Assembly (NCBI RefSeq): GCF_018350175.1
Contig: NC_058369.1
Span: 11,842,001 to 11,906,000, forward strand
Length of the DNA stretch: 64,000 nucleotides
Reading direction: 5' to 3'
Source: Felis catus
Taxonomy: Eukaryota
The notes beneath the pieces were generated by a model. It was not told where the DNA came from and did no database searches. It saw only the letters and a list, made by a program, of their open reading frames with translations. Positions 1-11,424 of the stretch are shown here, in pieces (position 1 is the first letter of the stretch; each line of letters begins with the position of its first letter). Position numbers and translations under genes: made by a program.

Positions 1-410
1 AATATTACTCAACCATAAAAAAGGCTGAAATCTTTCCATCTCCAACATGGATGGACCTAGAGGGTATTATACGAAGTGAATAAGCCAGTCAGAGAAAAAC
101 AAATAGCATATGATTTCACTCATACGTGGAATTTAAGAAACAAAAAAAATTGCGAAGTGGAAGAGGGAGAGAGACAGAGAGAGAGAGGCAAACCAAGGAA
201 GAGACTCTTAACTATAGACAACCAACTGATGGTGAACAGAGGACATGGAGTGGGGGGCTGGGTGAATTAGGTGATGGGGATGAAGGAGTGCACTTGCTGT
301 GATGAGCACCGGGTGATGTACAGAAGTGCTGAATCACTGTATTGTACACCTGAAACTAATATTACATGTATGTTAACTTAATGGGAATTTAAATAAAAAC
401 TTCAAAAAAA
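1..410 (+). mobile_element. L1 (carnivore type) 3' end
   Basis: ORF2 end/3'UTR motifs (atggatggacctagagggtatt, gatgagcaccgggtgatgta, cctgaaactaat) and an A-rich tail. Confidence 0.85.
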
Positions 411-1394
411 GATGAAATGTATGTATGCATTCTATATAAATAAATAAATAAATTACACACACACACACAAAGGAGTATTTGAATTTCATCAGCATATCTT
501 CTATGAGTGCTGACGCCATTCTCATTAAATATATTTTAACTATTGGAAAAAGAAACAGACATGAAAACTTCCACAAAGGTTTTGTTCAAGAAAGGATATC
601 CAAGATACATGAACAGGCAGATGGAAAATTGGGAAAAGAGCCTTTGCATTTTCCAAAATTGATGAGGGAATACTGTCTAGAGTAAATAAGAAACCAGCAC
701 ATTAAGAAGTAGAGACTCCATACAGAAACGAGTCCAGGACATGAGCAGAGAACCCACAGAAGGGGTTACACAGGCAAGTGAACAGATGGTTTCAAGACAA
801 GGAAAGGGAAGGGGAAAACGACCCTGAGATTTCCCTGTACACCTATTCATTTCCCCAGATTAGGAAGTGCCCGGTGCCCACAGCTATACGGGGAGGGATC
901 AATCCCGCGGCCTGCGGGTGAGAACCGAGAATGGAGAAGTGCAACCTTCACGTGCACCTGAACCTCTATCTCGATGGCGCACACCTACCTGGACGGAGCC
1001 TGTGGGATGAAGCCCCGCTTGTAGTGCGGGAATGGACAAGCCTGCTTGGGAACCGTAACTGGGAAGGGGGCAGGTCCCACGGGCCAGATGCAAACCCTGG
1101 AGCCCCAGCCAGGAGTTCCATGCACACACAGCAGCATAAATGAAGCCGTAAAATGACACCGAGTGAATGAGGCAAAAGGCAGCTCAACTCTCCAGCATAA
1201 TTGCATTTGGGCGCATTAAAAACAGAGCACCTGACACTATTCTGTGGGATGCTGGAACGCTGTATACATGCCACTATCCACTGCTCCAAACCCACAGGCT
1301 GCAACACAGACAGTGAGCCCTAGTGTAAATGTGGGCGGAGTTACTATAACGTGTCCTGATTGGTTCACCAGTGGAACAAACGCCCCACACTACT

Positions 1395-1550
1395 ACCAGA
1401 TTGTACAACGTTTAGCAGCATCCCTGGCCTCAGCCCTCCAGATCCCGGTAGCATCCCTCCCTCCCCATGAGCTGTGACAACAAAAGGGCCTCCGGGCATG
1501 TGCAAATATTTCAGGGGGACAGGATCAGTCCCAATCAACAATAGTGACCT
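1395..1550 (+). mobile_element. MER20-like hAT-Charlie remnant (paralogs ~20760-20910 -, ~55745-55895 +)
   Basis: tttagcagcatccctggcctc...gtgacaacaaaa resembles MER20 and the fuller copy at 40845-41066. Confidence 0.6.
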
Positions 1551-1720
1551 AAAAGCTGCAAAGGTCACTAGGCTGAGTGAGGAACCCAGGACCCAGCAGG
1601 GGCAACCCGAGAAAAGTCCCACCAGCTCCCAAGGCTAAGAGCCTGTCTTACCACCTTTCTCCCCAGTCCTGTTCCCACCCCCAACCGGGGCTTGCTCCCC
1701 ACAACTGCCTAAATATTGCC

Positions 1721-2240
1721 ACCTACCCTGTCCCTGCTGGTCCCTCTCGTGCTAGGCTGCCTCTTCCAGGAAGCAGCCAGCAGGGGAGGACAGAAGACGC
1801 TCTCTTGGGTTATTCTGTCAGCAGCACACAGGGGCAGGTGTGGGGCCAGACCTCTGGGCTCCTGGAACTGATGTGTGTGCTTTATCCCTGCTGCAGCTTC
1901 CCAGCAGGCTGATCCCCAGGGCCTCCTCAGGGTCTGGAGTGGCCAAGAGGATCATCAGAGGATCTCTGGGGATGTGCAGCCCCTACTCCTTCCTCCAACT
2001 CCCCAACACAACCAAGACTCCCTGCTGTCTCTGTCTGCCCTGAGAGCCCCAGTCCCTGCTGAGGACTAGGAGCTCCCAGTCTTGGGGGAAACAGGGCTCG
2101 AGTAGATGCCCTCAGTCCCTTAGGGTCAAGGAAGAGTCAGAGGGAAGGCAGGAGCTGGTGCAGCCCACAGTGGGAATCCAGAGCTCTGCTCTGGGGTCAG
2201 GGCAGCTGGAGGGTTTCCCAGAATAAGGGTAATTTAGAGC
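1721..2240 (-). promoter_or_regulatory. Putative OR10H promoter + non-coding exon 1 (copy 1; target gene predicted left of the window)
   Basis: TAAT site 2230-2235, O/E-like TCCCCAGGG ~1913, GATAAA 1886-1881, donor AGG|GTAGGT at 1726-1721; function inferred from the position of paralogous copies. Confidence 0.55.
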
Positions 2241-2384
2241 TGGGTCTTGGGGACTGATTTCCTTTGGTCAATAGAAGTTTTCAGTGTCTCCTGGTCACAC
2301 TGGATAGCCCCACCTCCCCCCACTGGTCAAGTTCTACCCTATCCCTGTTGTCCTGGTGATCCAAGCCAGAACATCTCCATTAGT

Positions 2385-3110
2385 ATGTGCATCCTTGGCC
2401 TATAATAACACATTTGGTCTTTGTCCACTTCATGACACACAGCTCCTAAAGCCCTTGTCTCAGGAGTGATGATACTGGATTTTGCATGCTAAGGAGATGC
2501 GTGGTGGTTGGGGGCTCCTGGATAGTCTAGGAAGGAGGCTGCTCCCCTGATCGGCCAAGGCGAGATCAGAGAGCTGGGACTTCCAGGTGGGGAGAGGGGC
2601 TATGGGTTGATATTCAATCTCCAAGGACCAATGATTTAATCAATCATGTCTGTGTAATCAAACCTCCACAAAAACTCCCTAAGCAATGGGAATCAGAGAC
2701 CTTCCCATTTGTCAACACGTGGAGGTGCTAGGAGGGTGGTGTGTCCGGAGAGGGCATGGAAGGTCCTCGGTCCTTCCTCCACACCTTGCTTGATGCACTT
2801 GTTTCACCTGGCTGTTCCTGACTCGTGTCTTTTATAGTAAACTGGGAAGAGTAAGTGTTGCATTTTCCTGATTTCTGTGAGTCATTCCAGCAAAGTATCC
2901 AAAATGAAAGGGGGGAATTTAGAAACCCCAACTGTGAAGTCCCATCACACAAAAGTGCAGGTACCCTGAATACTGAAAACTTGTCACTGGCATCTCCAGG
3001 TAGTTCGTGTCAGAAGTGAACTGAATTATGGGACTGCAAGTTGGTGTCTGGGAAGCTGAAGAATTGTTCATTGTTGTGGGAAGAACTCACCCATTCGGTC
3101 TTAAGTGTTA
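2385..3110 (+). mobile_element. MER21-like solo LTR
   Basis: ccaatgatttaatcaatcatg and gtggaggtgctaggagggtgg...ggagagggcatggaag are typical of MER21. Confidence 0.75.
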
Positions 3111-3850
3111 GGCATAGAAACAGCTCACTTCCTGTGTCCCTCTGTCCAATCAGCAACACAGTCCATTCTGCCTCTGAAATCAACCTCCAGTCTGCCACTC
3201 GACCCAGTCCAGGATGCCCACGCGCACCTCTGCCCATCTCTTCCTGCGTCTTCCCACCCCGCCGGCCCTCAGCAGCCTGCTTCCCTCACAGCAGCCAGAG
3301 GGGCTCCCTACAAACAGGAAACTGACCATGGTGTGTGGGCTTAAAATGTACCACTTGAATGCCACCTCACACCTGTCAGAATGCCTAGAATTAACAACTC
3401 AGGAAATAACAGATGTTTGTGAGGATGCAGAGAAAGGAGAACACTTTTGCGTTGTTGGCGGGAATGCAAACTGGGGCAGCCACTGTGGAAAACAGTATGG
3501 AGGCTCCTCAAAAAATTAAACATAGAACTGCCCTATGACCCAGCAATTGCACTAGTAGGTATTTATCCAAAGGATACAAAAATGTGGATTCGAAGGGGTA
3601 TATGCACCCCAAATTTATAGCAGCACTATCAGCCTTAGTCAAACTACAGAAAGAGTCCAAATGCCCATAGACTGATGAGTGGATAAAGAAGATTTGTATA
3701 TATATACATTGGAATAATAGCGATGAAAAAGAATGAAATCTTACCATTTGCAACAATGTGGATGGAACTAGAGTGCACAGTAAAACTTTTGACTATGAGT
3801 GCCTTGTTCTGCAAGTGCTCTATAAGGCGAGCAAACATTTCTAATAAATT

Positions 3851-4055
3851 AAAAAATTATCATGTTTATTTTTGAGAGAGACAGGCCAGCATGAATGGGA
3901 GAGGAGCAGAGAAAGAGAAGACACAGAATTCAAAGCAGGCTCCAGGCTCTGAGCCATAAGTACAGAGCCCAATGTGGGGCTTGAACTCATGAACCATGAG
4001 ATTATGACCCGAGCCGAAGTTGGATGCTTAACTGACTGAGCCACCCAGGCACCCC
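3851..4055 (-). mobile_element. SINEC (Can-SINE)
   Basis: tRNA-like head, CT-rich stretch, A tail; TSD tctaataaatt. Confidence 0.9.
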
Positions 4056-4649
4056 TCTAATAAATTGCAACTTGATAAATGAGCAATGTCTTGCAATACG
4101 GGTGGGATGTGACTCCAGATGTCACATGATCACAACTGAGCCAATGGTTCCTCTCTCTCTCCTGCTGTAGGATTGTGGGTGATCATCTCCCATGCTCGGT
4201 CTCAGGCTGTAGTATTTGGCAGAAATCAGTGATTTTTCAGAATGTTTGAAGATGCCCACAATGGGCACTGGTGTATTTTTTGTCACTTCAAAGCACCTGT
4301 GGACAGTCCTTTGCTTCTCCATACAAGAGGAAGCTCAGGAATGCTTTGCTTCATTCTAGGTCAGGCTGCCTGCAGATTGAGGCCCTTTCCTTTGCTGCCT
4401 TATTGTCAGTTTACATTAAATACAATATATGACAAGAGTTTATTAATACTGTGCTGTAGTCAACCTCCATGCAAGTGTATACAATTGCCTCCATGCAGGA
4501 AAAGATTCCACTGAGCCAATAGATAGCAGTGATTCCATTAGTGATCGTGAAAGTCGTCCAACACAATAACCCTCCTCTCTCTTGTCTCCTTCACACCAGC
4601 CATGAAGGTTTTCAAAGGTAAGTGCAGGTTAGTTTGTTTATTTTTCTTT

Positions 4650-4872
4650 TTTTTTTTTAAATTTTTTTTAACGTTTATTTATTTTTGAGACAGAGAGAGA
4701 CAGAGCATGAACGGGGGAGAGGCAGAGAGAGAGGGAGACACAGAATCGGAAGCAGGCTCCAGGCTCTGAGCCATCAGCCCAGAGCCCGACGCGGGGCTCG
4801 AACTCACGGACCGCGAGATCGTGATCTGAGCTGAAGTCGGATGCTTAACCGACTGAGCCACCCAGGTGCCCC
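4650..4872 (-). mobile_element. SINEC_Fc-like, young
   Basis: CpG-intact felid SINE; TSD tatttttcttt. Confidence 0.9.
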
Positions 4873-6164
4873 TATTTTTCTTTATATTTTATATTTCTTT
4901 TATTATTTTGTATTATATTACAGTATTGTAATCATTTTTATATAAATATTTTGGGGTTGCAGAACAAATCATCTGAGTTTCCATTATTTCTTATAGGGAA
5001 ATTTTCTTTGATAGACAAGTGCTTTGGATTACAAGCACGTTTCCAGAACGAATTATGCTCGCAATCCAAGGTTTACTGTATTATGCTAAGTGAAATAAGT
5101 CAGAGAAAAAGAAATATCATATGATTTCACTTATATGCGGAATTTAAGAAACAAAACAGATGAACATAGGGGAAGGAAAGGAAAAATAAGATAAAAACAG
5201 GGAGGGAGGCAAACCATAAGAGACCTAAATGCAGAGAACAAACTGAAGGATGCTGGAGGGGAGGTGGGTGGGCAGATGGGCACTTGCTGGGATGAGTGCT
5301 GGGTGTTGTATGTAAGTAACGAATCACTAAATTCTACTCCTGAATCCAAAACACTATAGGTTAACTAACTTGAATTTGATTAAAAATTTTTCTGCTTGGT
5401 ACAACCACTTTGGTAAACTTTTGTCAACATCTATTCAACCTGAACATAGTATCCCCTATGACTTGGCCTTTACACTTCTAGCTACAGACTCAAAACAACA
5501 CATAAATGTTAATCCACTAAAGGACATGTAGTAGATGTCATAAGAACACCATTTGTAGGATCCCCAAATGGAAATGTCTATGCATATGTTCACATAATGG
5601 AATACCACACAGCTCTTTTGTGTATGTATTTTAAGAGTATTTAGAGTTCCCCATTGCCCTTGGAACAAACTCCCTAAGTGGACACCATGGTCTCACATGC
5701 TCTTGCCCTACCCACATATCTACATCTCATTCCAGCACCCTCTTAGTGACTTCCAACTCTCCCTGGTGAACTGAACATACCAATGTCCCCAAATGCACCA
5801 TAGATAAGGACATCTTGACGGGGAGAGGTGGCATTAGTTAGTAAACCAATAATGAGTAAAATGATGAAAGGAATCCCAAAATTGCCATAGACGGTTTTTC
5901 CAAGCTCTCGTCAGTATTCATGAGCAAAAGTGTCTCATGAACTCCTCTGGAGTCCGTGTTTCCCTCTGGCTGTGTGAAAGGGGTGTGTGCCTAGGGCTGC
6001 ACCTGCCCTCTTTCCCTGAAAGGGTTCTCTTCCTTCTAATGACCGCCTTCTCCTCCCAGTCATGACCTCACTTCTCTCTGTAGACACCTGAGAGAGGTGG
6101 GTTCCTATTCACCAACTGCACACACGTGCACATTGTAATCGATTCCTGCTTCCCCCCTCCAAGG

Positions 6165-6345
6165 TGGTGTGACCCAGGACAAATTATCTATCAGATTTGC
6201 ATTTTCTGTGTTTCAAAGTTGTGAATAATAATAGAAGTGGGTCATATCTAAATGCGGAGAAATAATGATTTATTTTGAGACTTAGAAGAGTGAATGCATA
6301 GGAAACCCTTTCCACAACGTTTGGCAAATGGCAGGCACTCATATG
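6165..6345 (+). mobile_element. MIR remnant (paralogs ~28050-28230 -, ~34735-34915 +)
   Basis: gtgtgacccaggacaaattat...atgcataggaaaccctt...ggcactcatat resembles the MIR core and 3' end. Confidence 0.5.
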
Positions 6346-7032
6346 CAACAGCCCTCCCTTGGTTTATTATTATAAAACACCTTCTGCCTGCAGCTCAAAT
6401 ATCTGGCCACAGCTTAAGTAAGAAATTTACATTAACAGAAGACCCCCTTCTGGATGCTCAGACATATGATTTCCCAAACCCTATCATGGAAGTTAGACCT
6501 AAAGTTGCATGTGACCCCTTCCTTCACATATTGTGTGACCTTCACCAACATTTCTTATCTGCCTAAAGGGGTACCCACACCCTTGACCTTTCTTTGTGCC
6601 ATCTTGAGATAACACTGTGTCCTCCAACAGAGCCCGCAGATAGATGTAAGTACACAGGAATGAGAAATTGATGTTTTATTGGAAGTAATGTGGGGAAAAA
6701 TAGAAAAGGATTTCCATAAGCAACACCCTTTAAACATTCCGTATGTTCTTATCCAAGCACTGAACCGTCTCCTCCCCTCACTCTCTTCCCCTCCCTTCCT
6801 CCCACCCTCCCTCTCTCCCTCTTTCCCTTCACTTCTCATTCTGACATCCTTCACTCAACACTGATCAAGGTAGAAAAACTCCCTTAGGGTCTATCCTCTG
6901 CTACCCAGAAGGAACTATATACACTGTCAATCAACTTCTTGGAGAGAAAGACTTTATTTACTTTTTGTACATTTTTATATTAAAGGGTATATAACACACT
7001 GGACCCAGTGTCTGAAAGAAAAGCTGATGGCA

Positions 7033-7038
7033 TTTATT
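7033..7038 (-). terminator. Candidate polyadenylation signal of gene A
   Basis: AATAAA ~400 nt after the stop; position shared with genes B and D. Confidence 0.4.
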
Positions 7039-7434
7039 ATTATGCATACTTTTGTTCAGCCGTATGGTGACGAAGGGAAAGTCTTTCCTTCCTTCTCCAT
7101 TTGAGAAGAACCATGGGCATCAGTGCCCAGACACGTCCATGTGATGCCCCCCCCTACTCATCCACAGGTACATAACACATTTGTAGACAGAAATAATGGG
7201 ATGGAGTTCATCACATGGGGTCTTGAACAGGAGATCATGATCTCTAGATCCTATGCAAGAGGGAGGCACACAAATTGGAGAAAAACGAATACCTAGCAGG
7301 TATCCAACACCTATAGATGCACTCAACAATACTTACTCAGTATTTTCTTACATTGAATCCCTACAACAGGCTTATGGAGATGGACTTTATCATCCCCAAC
7401 CCTACTGTCATTTTTCTCACCGCCAAACTGTCCG

Positions 7435-8385
7435 TCAGGAGCTTAGGGGACTGAATTTTCTCTGGAAGCTTTTCTTTATGGCGTTCTTGAGCTCCTTATT
7501 CCTGAGGCTGAAAATGATCGGGCTGAGAAAGGGAGTGAAGACTGTATAGGTGGTGGCCATCAGGGTGTTACTGTCCATAGAATGGGGGCCCTTGGGCTTG
7601 AGGTAGATAATGGAAGCAAAGCTGTAGTGCACAATGACCACCGTGAGGTGGGACACACACGTGGAGAAGGTCTTGTGCCTGCCCTCAGCAGAGGGGATCC
7701 GCAATATGGCGGCCACGATGAAGACATAGGAGAGGACAATGAGGAATAAACAGCCCATCAGAGCTGAGACACACACCAGGATCACACCCAAGGTGACAGA
7801 GGAATTCTCATTCCCACAGGCCAATTTCAAAAGGGAAAACACATGGCATAGAAAATGGTGGATCACATTAGACCCACAGAAGGTGAGGTGAAAAACTATC
7901 AGGGTCACCATCATCCCCATGACTGAGCCACCAGCCCAGGTCCAGGACACCAGACGGGCACAGCTACGGTTGCTCATGAGCACATTGTAGCGCAGGGGGT
8001 GGCAGATGGCCACATAGCGGTCGTAGCCCATGATCATAAGCAGGAAGGAGTGGGTGAAGCCAAACGTGAAGGAGAAAAACATCTGGCTGGCACAGGCCGC
8101 CCAGGTGATGGTGCGGCGGGTGGAGAGCATGTCAACCAGCATGCGAGGGGTGACGGCAACGGTGAACAGAATCTCGGAGGTGGACAGGGCGCACAGGAAG
8201 AGGTACATGGGCGTGTGCAGGCTGCGCTCGCTCCAGACTGTGGTCATGATGAGCAGGTTCCCCAGCAGCGTGAACAGGTACATGAGCAGGTACAGCAGGA
8301 AGAAGGTGGGCAGGAGATGCTGTGGGAAGTTAGAGAATCCCACGAGGATGAACTCAGTCACCATGCTATAGTTCTGACCAGGCAT
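7435..8385 (-). CDS. OR10H4-like: Olfactory receptor, class II, OR10H3/OR10H4-like, 316 aa, intact (gene A)
   Basis: ORF with MPGQNYS (N-glycosylation site), LHTPMYLFL, MGYDRYVAICHPLRY, KTFSTCVSHL and PIIFSLRNKELK. Start set at ATG 8385; the longer ORF-track start (8457) lies upstream of a splice acceptor (AG at 8398-8397). Confidence 0.95.
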   Translation of the reverse strand: MPGQNYSMVTEFILVGFSNFPQHLLPTFFLLYLLMYLFTLLGNLLIMTTVWSERSLHTPMYLFLCALSTSEILFTVAVTPRMLVDMLSTRRTITWAACASQMFFSFTFGFTHSFLLMIMGYDRYVAICHPLRYNVLMSNRSCARLVSWTWAGGSVMGMMVTLIVFHLTFCGSNVIHHFLCHVFSLLKLACGNENSSVTLGVILVCVSALMGCLFLIVLSYVFIVAAILRIPSAEGRHKTFSTCVSHLTVVIVHYSFASIIYLKPKGPHSMDSNTLMATTYTVFTPFLSPIIFSLRNKELKNAIKKSFQRKFSPLSS

Positions 8386-8479
8386 GGGTGCTGCATCTGG
8401 TGAGATCAGAAGAGGAATGAAGGTGACCATCATGACAATCATGAGTGTATACAACAATATATGAAATGGGGAGACTATA

Positions 8480-9265
8480 GACGCAGTATGTTAGGATTGG
8501 GAAAGTGACCCGGATACTCACTGGTTCTGCTGTTCTTTAGCACGGAACTGAAAGTCATGAGCGGTGCTATAAATAAGAACAAGAAAGAAGGTATGTACGG
8601 ATGGGAAGGAAAGAGACATGCTCCTTCACCCAGAAAAAGTAAAGAATGAAAACATAAGGTACCACAGCAATAGAGAGCACAGTCTGCAGAAGACAAGATC
8701 GGCTCGCAACACTCAGTATTTCTCACAGAATTACTCCAGCAGTAATCATTCAAAGTATAAGCTTTAAGCAAAACTAAGATAACATTCCCAGCGGTGACAC
8801 AAACTGTAAAGACATGGCTCGCCAACATTGTGGTCTGGTGATTTCTTAACACTCAAGAAAATGTGAGACTCTGATGGGTTCCTGTTTGGGTGCAGTACAA
8901 CTCTCCGTTTTCACCATATTAGAAGTTAACACTGAGATTGTCTGAAAATATGTAGTATGGATACATTCAAAAGAATAGTCACCTGCTCAATGTCAATACA
9001 AGTAACATGTTTTTAGAAAGTAACTACATTTACAAAATTAACATTTGGTGAGAAGAGTTGCTGTTTTTTGTTTGTTTGTTTGCTTTTACATTTTAACAAA
9101 CTTGGATGGGAAACAAATTGATGCTCATACCTGCCTCTTCATTCAGCCTGTGGCAACATGTTGTTTTAGTTGAAGCATATGATGAAAAATGGAAAAGTAA
9201 GGAACTGATGTTCCCCCAGAAAGGGTCTCCAGGACCCCAGGGTCCTCATATCACACTTTGAAAAC
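8480..9265 (+). mobile_element. Charlie1-like hAT remnant (paralogs ~37270-38345, ~23460-24200 -, ~52150-52870)
   Basis: gtgagaagagt...ttcattcagcctgtggcaacatgttgttttagttgaagcatatg...ggtctccaggaccccaggg...cacactttgaaaac. Confidence 0.6.
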
Positions 9266-9532
9266 TTTTGCTATAAAATATCTAGGAATTAATGAAACAC
9301 ATGCAATACATCCAAATTCAGAAATGGTAACCATTAGTAAAAATGTAGGAGGTGATCTGAATATATGGAGGGCAATCTACACTCGTGGATGGATGAGTGA
9401 ATATGGTAATGATTACATCATCAACACACCTACATTATGTCTATAGTGAGTCTACTGTACATTTGATAAAAGTTTCCTTAAGTTCCTTTTGAAAAATAAA
9501 GTCAGTGCAAAACCATACCAATCTTGCAAAAA

Positions 9533-11422
9533 TCAGCCCTGACCAGGTACAAAAAGATTAAGATCATACCATGCATATTTTCAGATCACAATGCTAGGAA
9601 CTTGAAATCAACCACAAGAAAAAATTTGGAAAGCCCTCAGATATATGGAGGTTAAAGAACATCCTTCTAAGGAATGAAAGGGTTAACCAGGAAATTAAAG
9701 AAGAAATTTAAAAACACATGGAAGCAGGGGAACCTGGGTGGCTCAGTTGGTTAAACATCGGACTTCGGCTCAGGTCATGATCTTGCAGTTCATGAGTTCA
9801 AGCCCTGCGTCAAGCTCTGTACTGACAGCTCAGAGCCTGGAGTCTGCTTCGGATTCTGTGTCTCCCTCTCTCTCTGCCCCTCCTCTGCTCACGCTCTGTC
9901 TCTCCCTCTTTCTCAAAAATAAATAAACATCAAAAAACTAAAAAATAATACATGGAAGCAAATGAAAATGAAAACACAACAGTCCAAGCCCTTTGGGATG
10001 CAGCAAAGACAGTCCTAAGAGGAAAATACACTGGAATTCGGGCCTGTCTGAAGAAGCAAGAGAGGTCCCAAATACACAACTTAACCTTACACCTAAAGGA
10101 GCTAAAAAAGGAGCAGCAAATAAAGCCCAAAGCCAGGAGAAGAAGGGAAATAATAAAGATTAGAACAGAAATAAATGATATAGAATAAAAAAAAGAACCC
10201 AGTAGAACAGATCAATGAAACTAAGAGCTGATTTTTTGAAAGAATAAGCAAAACTGATAAACTCCTAATCAGACTTCTCAAAAAGAAAATAGAGAGGACC
10301 CAAATAGATAAAATCACAAATGAAAGAGGAGACATCACAACCAACACCACAGGAATGCAAACATATATGAGAATACTATGAAGAATTATATGCCAACAAG
10401 CTGGACAATCGGGAAGAAATGGACAGATTCTTAGAAACTCATGCACTACCAAAACTCAAGCAGGAAGAAACAGAAAATATGAACAGGCTCATAGCCAGGA
10501 AAGAAATGGAATCAGTAATCAAAAATCTCCCCAAAAATAAGAGTCCTGGGGCAGATGGCTTCCCAGGAGAATTCTACCAGACATTTAAAGCAGAGTTAAC
10601 ACCTATTATTCTCACACTGTTCCAAAAAATAGAAATGGAAGGAAAGCTTCCAAATTCATTCTGTGAATCCAGCATTACCTTGATTCCAAACCCAGACAAA
10701 GACCCTCCTAAAAAGGAGAATTACAGGCCAATATCCCTGATGAATCTGGATGCAAAAATTCTCAACAAGATACTAGCAAATCGAAGTCAACAGTACATTA
10801 AAAGAATTTTTCACCACAATCAAGTGGGATTTATTCCTGGGCTGCAGGCCTGGTTCAATATTCACAAATCAATCAATGTGATACACCACATTAATAAAAG
10901 AAAGGATAAGAACCCTAAGATCTTTTAAATAGATGCAGAAAAAGCATTTGACAAAATACAGCATTCTTTCTTGATAAAAACCCTCAAGAAAGCAGGAATA
11001 GAAGGAGCACCCCTTAACATCATAAAAGCCATATATGAAAAGCCCACTGTTAGTATCATCCTCAGTGGCGAAAAACTGAGAGCTTTCACCCTGAGATCAG
11101 GAACACAGCACAGGTGTCCACTCTCACCACTGTTGTTCAACATAATGTTGGAAGTTCTAGCCTCAGCAGTCAGGCAACAAAAGTAATAAAAGTCATCCAA
11201 ATTGGCAGGAAGAGGTCAAACTTTCACTCTTCACAGACGAATGGTGCTCCACAAGGAAAATCCAAAAGACGCCACCAAAAAACTGCTAGAGCTGATACGT
11301 GAATTCAGCAAAGTTGCAGGATATAAAATCAATGTACAAACATTGGCTGTGTTTTTGTTCACCAATCATGAAGCAGCAGAAAGAGATATCAAGGAATCAG
11401 TGCCATTTACAATTGCACCATT
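9533..11422 (+). mobile_element. Internal L1 ORF2 fragment (end of EN domain to RT domain), no 3'UTR or polyA
   Basis: Broken ORFs with [38 protein letters not shown] and QVGFIPG; absent from the paralog at ~38605. Confidence 0.92.
9727..9945 (+). mobile_element. SINEC nested in L1
   Basis: TSD acatggaagca. Confidence 0.9.
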
Positions 11423-11424
11423 AA

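Larger units (their letters stand above)
3778..5078. mobile_element. Non-autonomous Tc1/mariner Tigger-like DNA transposon
   Basis: Imperfect TIRs CAGTAAAACTTTTGACTATGAG / (rc)CAGTAAACCTTGGATTGCGAG; TA target (CA at left, TA at 5079-5080); splits a contiguous L1 sequence. Confidence 0.75.
3357..5390 (+). mobile_element. 5'-truncated carnivore L1 3' end, interrupted by a DNA transposon
   Basis: ORF2 C-terminal motifs at 3357-3775 resume at 5081 (ttatgctaagtgaaataagtcag); absent from the paralog at ~15892. Confidence 0.85.

Noticed and set aside
4679-4861. Repeated MAQSVKHPTSAQ-type ORFs and tRNA-like heads
   Set aside because: These are SINEC sequences, not genes or functional tRNAs.
7999-8403. 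Recurrent antisense ORFs over the OR CDSs (MADGH..., MIISRKE...; also 26062-26499, 36795-37199, 50983-51543)
   Set aside because: Shadows of GC-rich OR codon usage; repeated only because the CDS is duplicated.
8386-8457. N-terminal extensions in the ORF track (340/351-aa versions of genes A, B and C)
   Set aside because: They start at non-ATG codons, cross a conserved splice acceptor and are not shared among paralogs; they are intronic.
8475-8852. 125-aa ORF present twice (also 37271-37648)
   Set aside because: Non-ATG start, lies in a decayed Charlie-like element within the intron, and the two copies are recent duplicates.
10419-10928. Reverse-transcriptase-like ORF as a host gene
   Set aside because: Frameshifted, truncated L1 ORF2 fragment.
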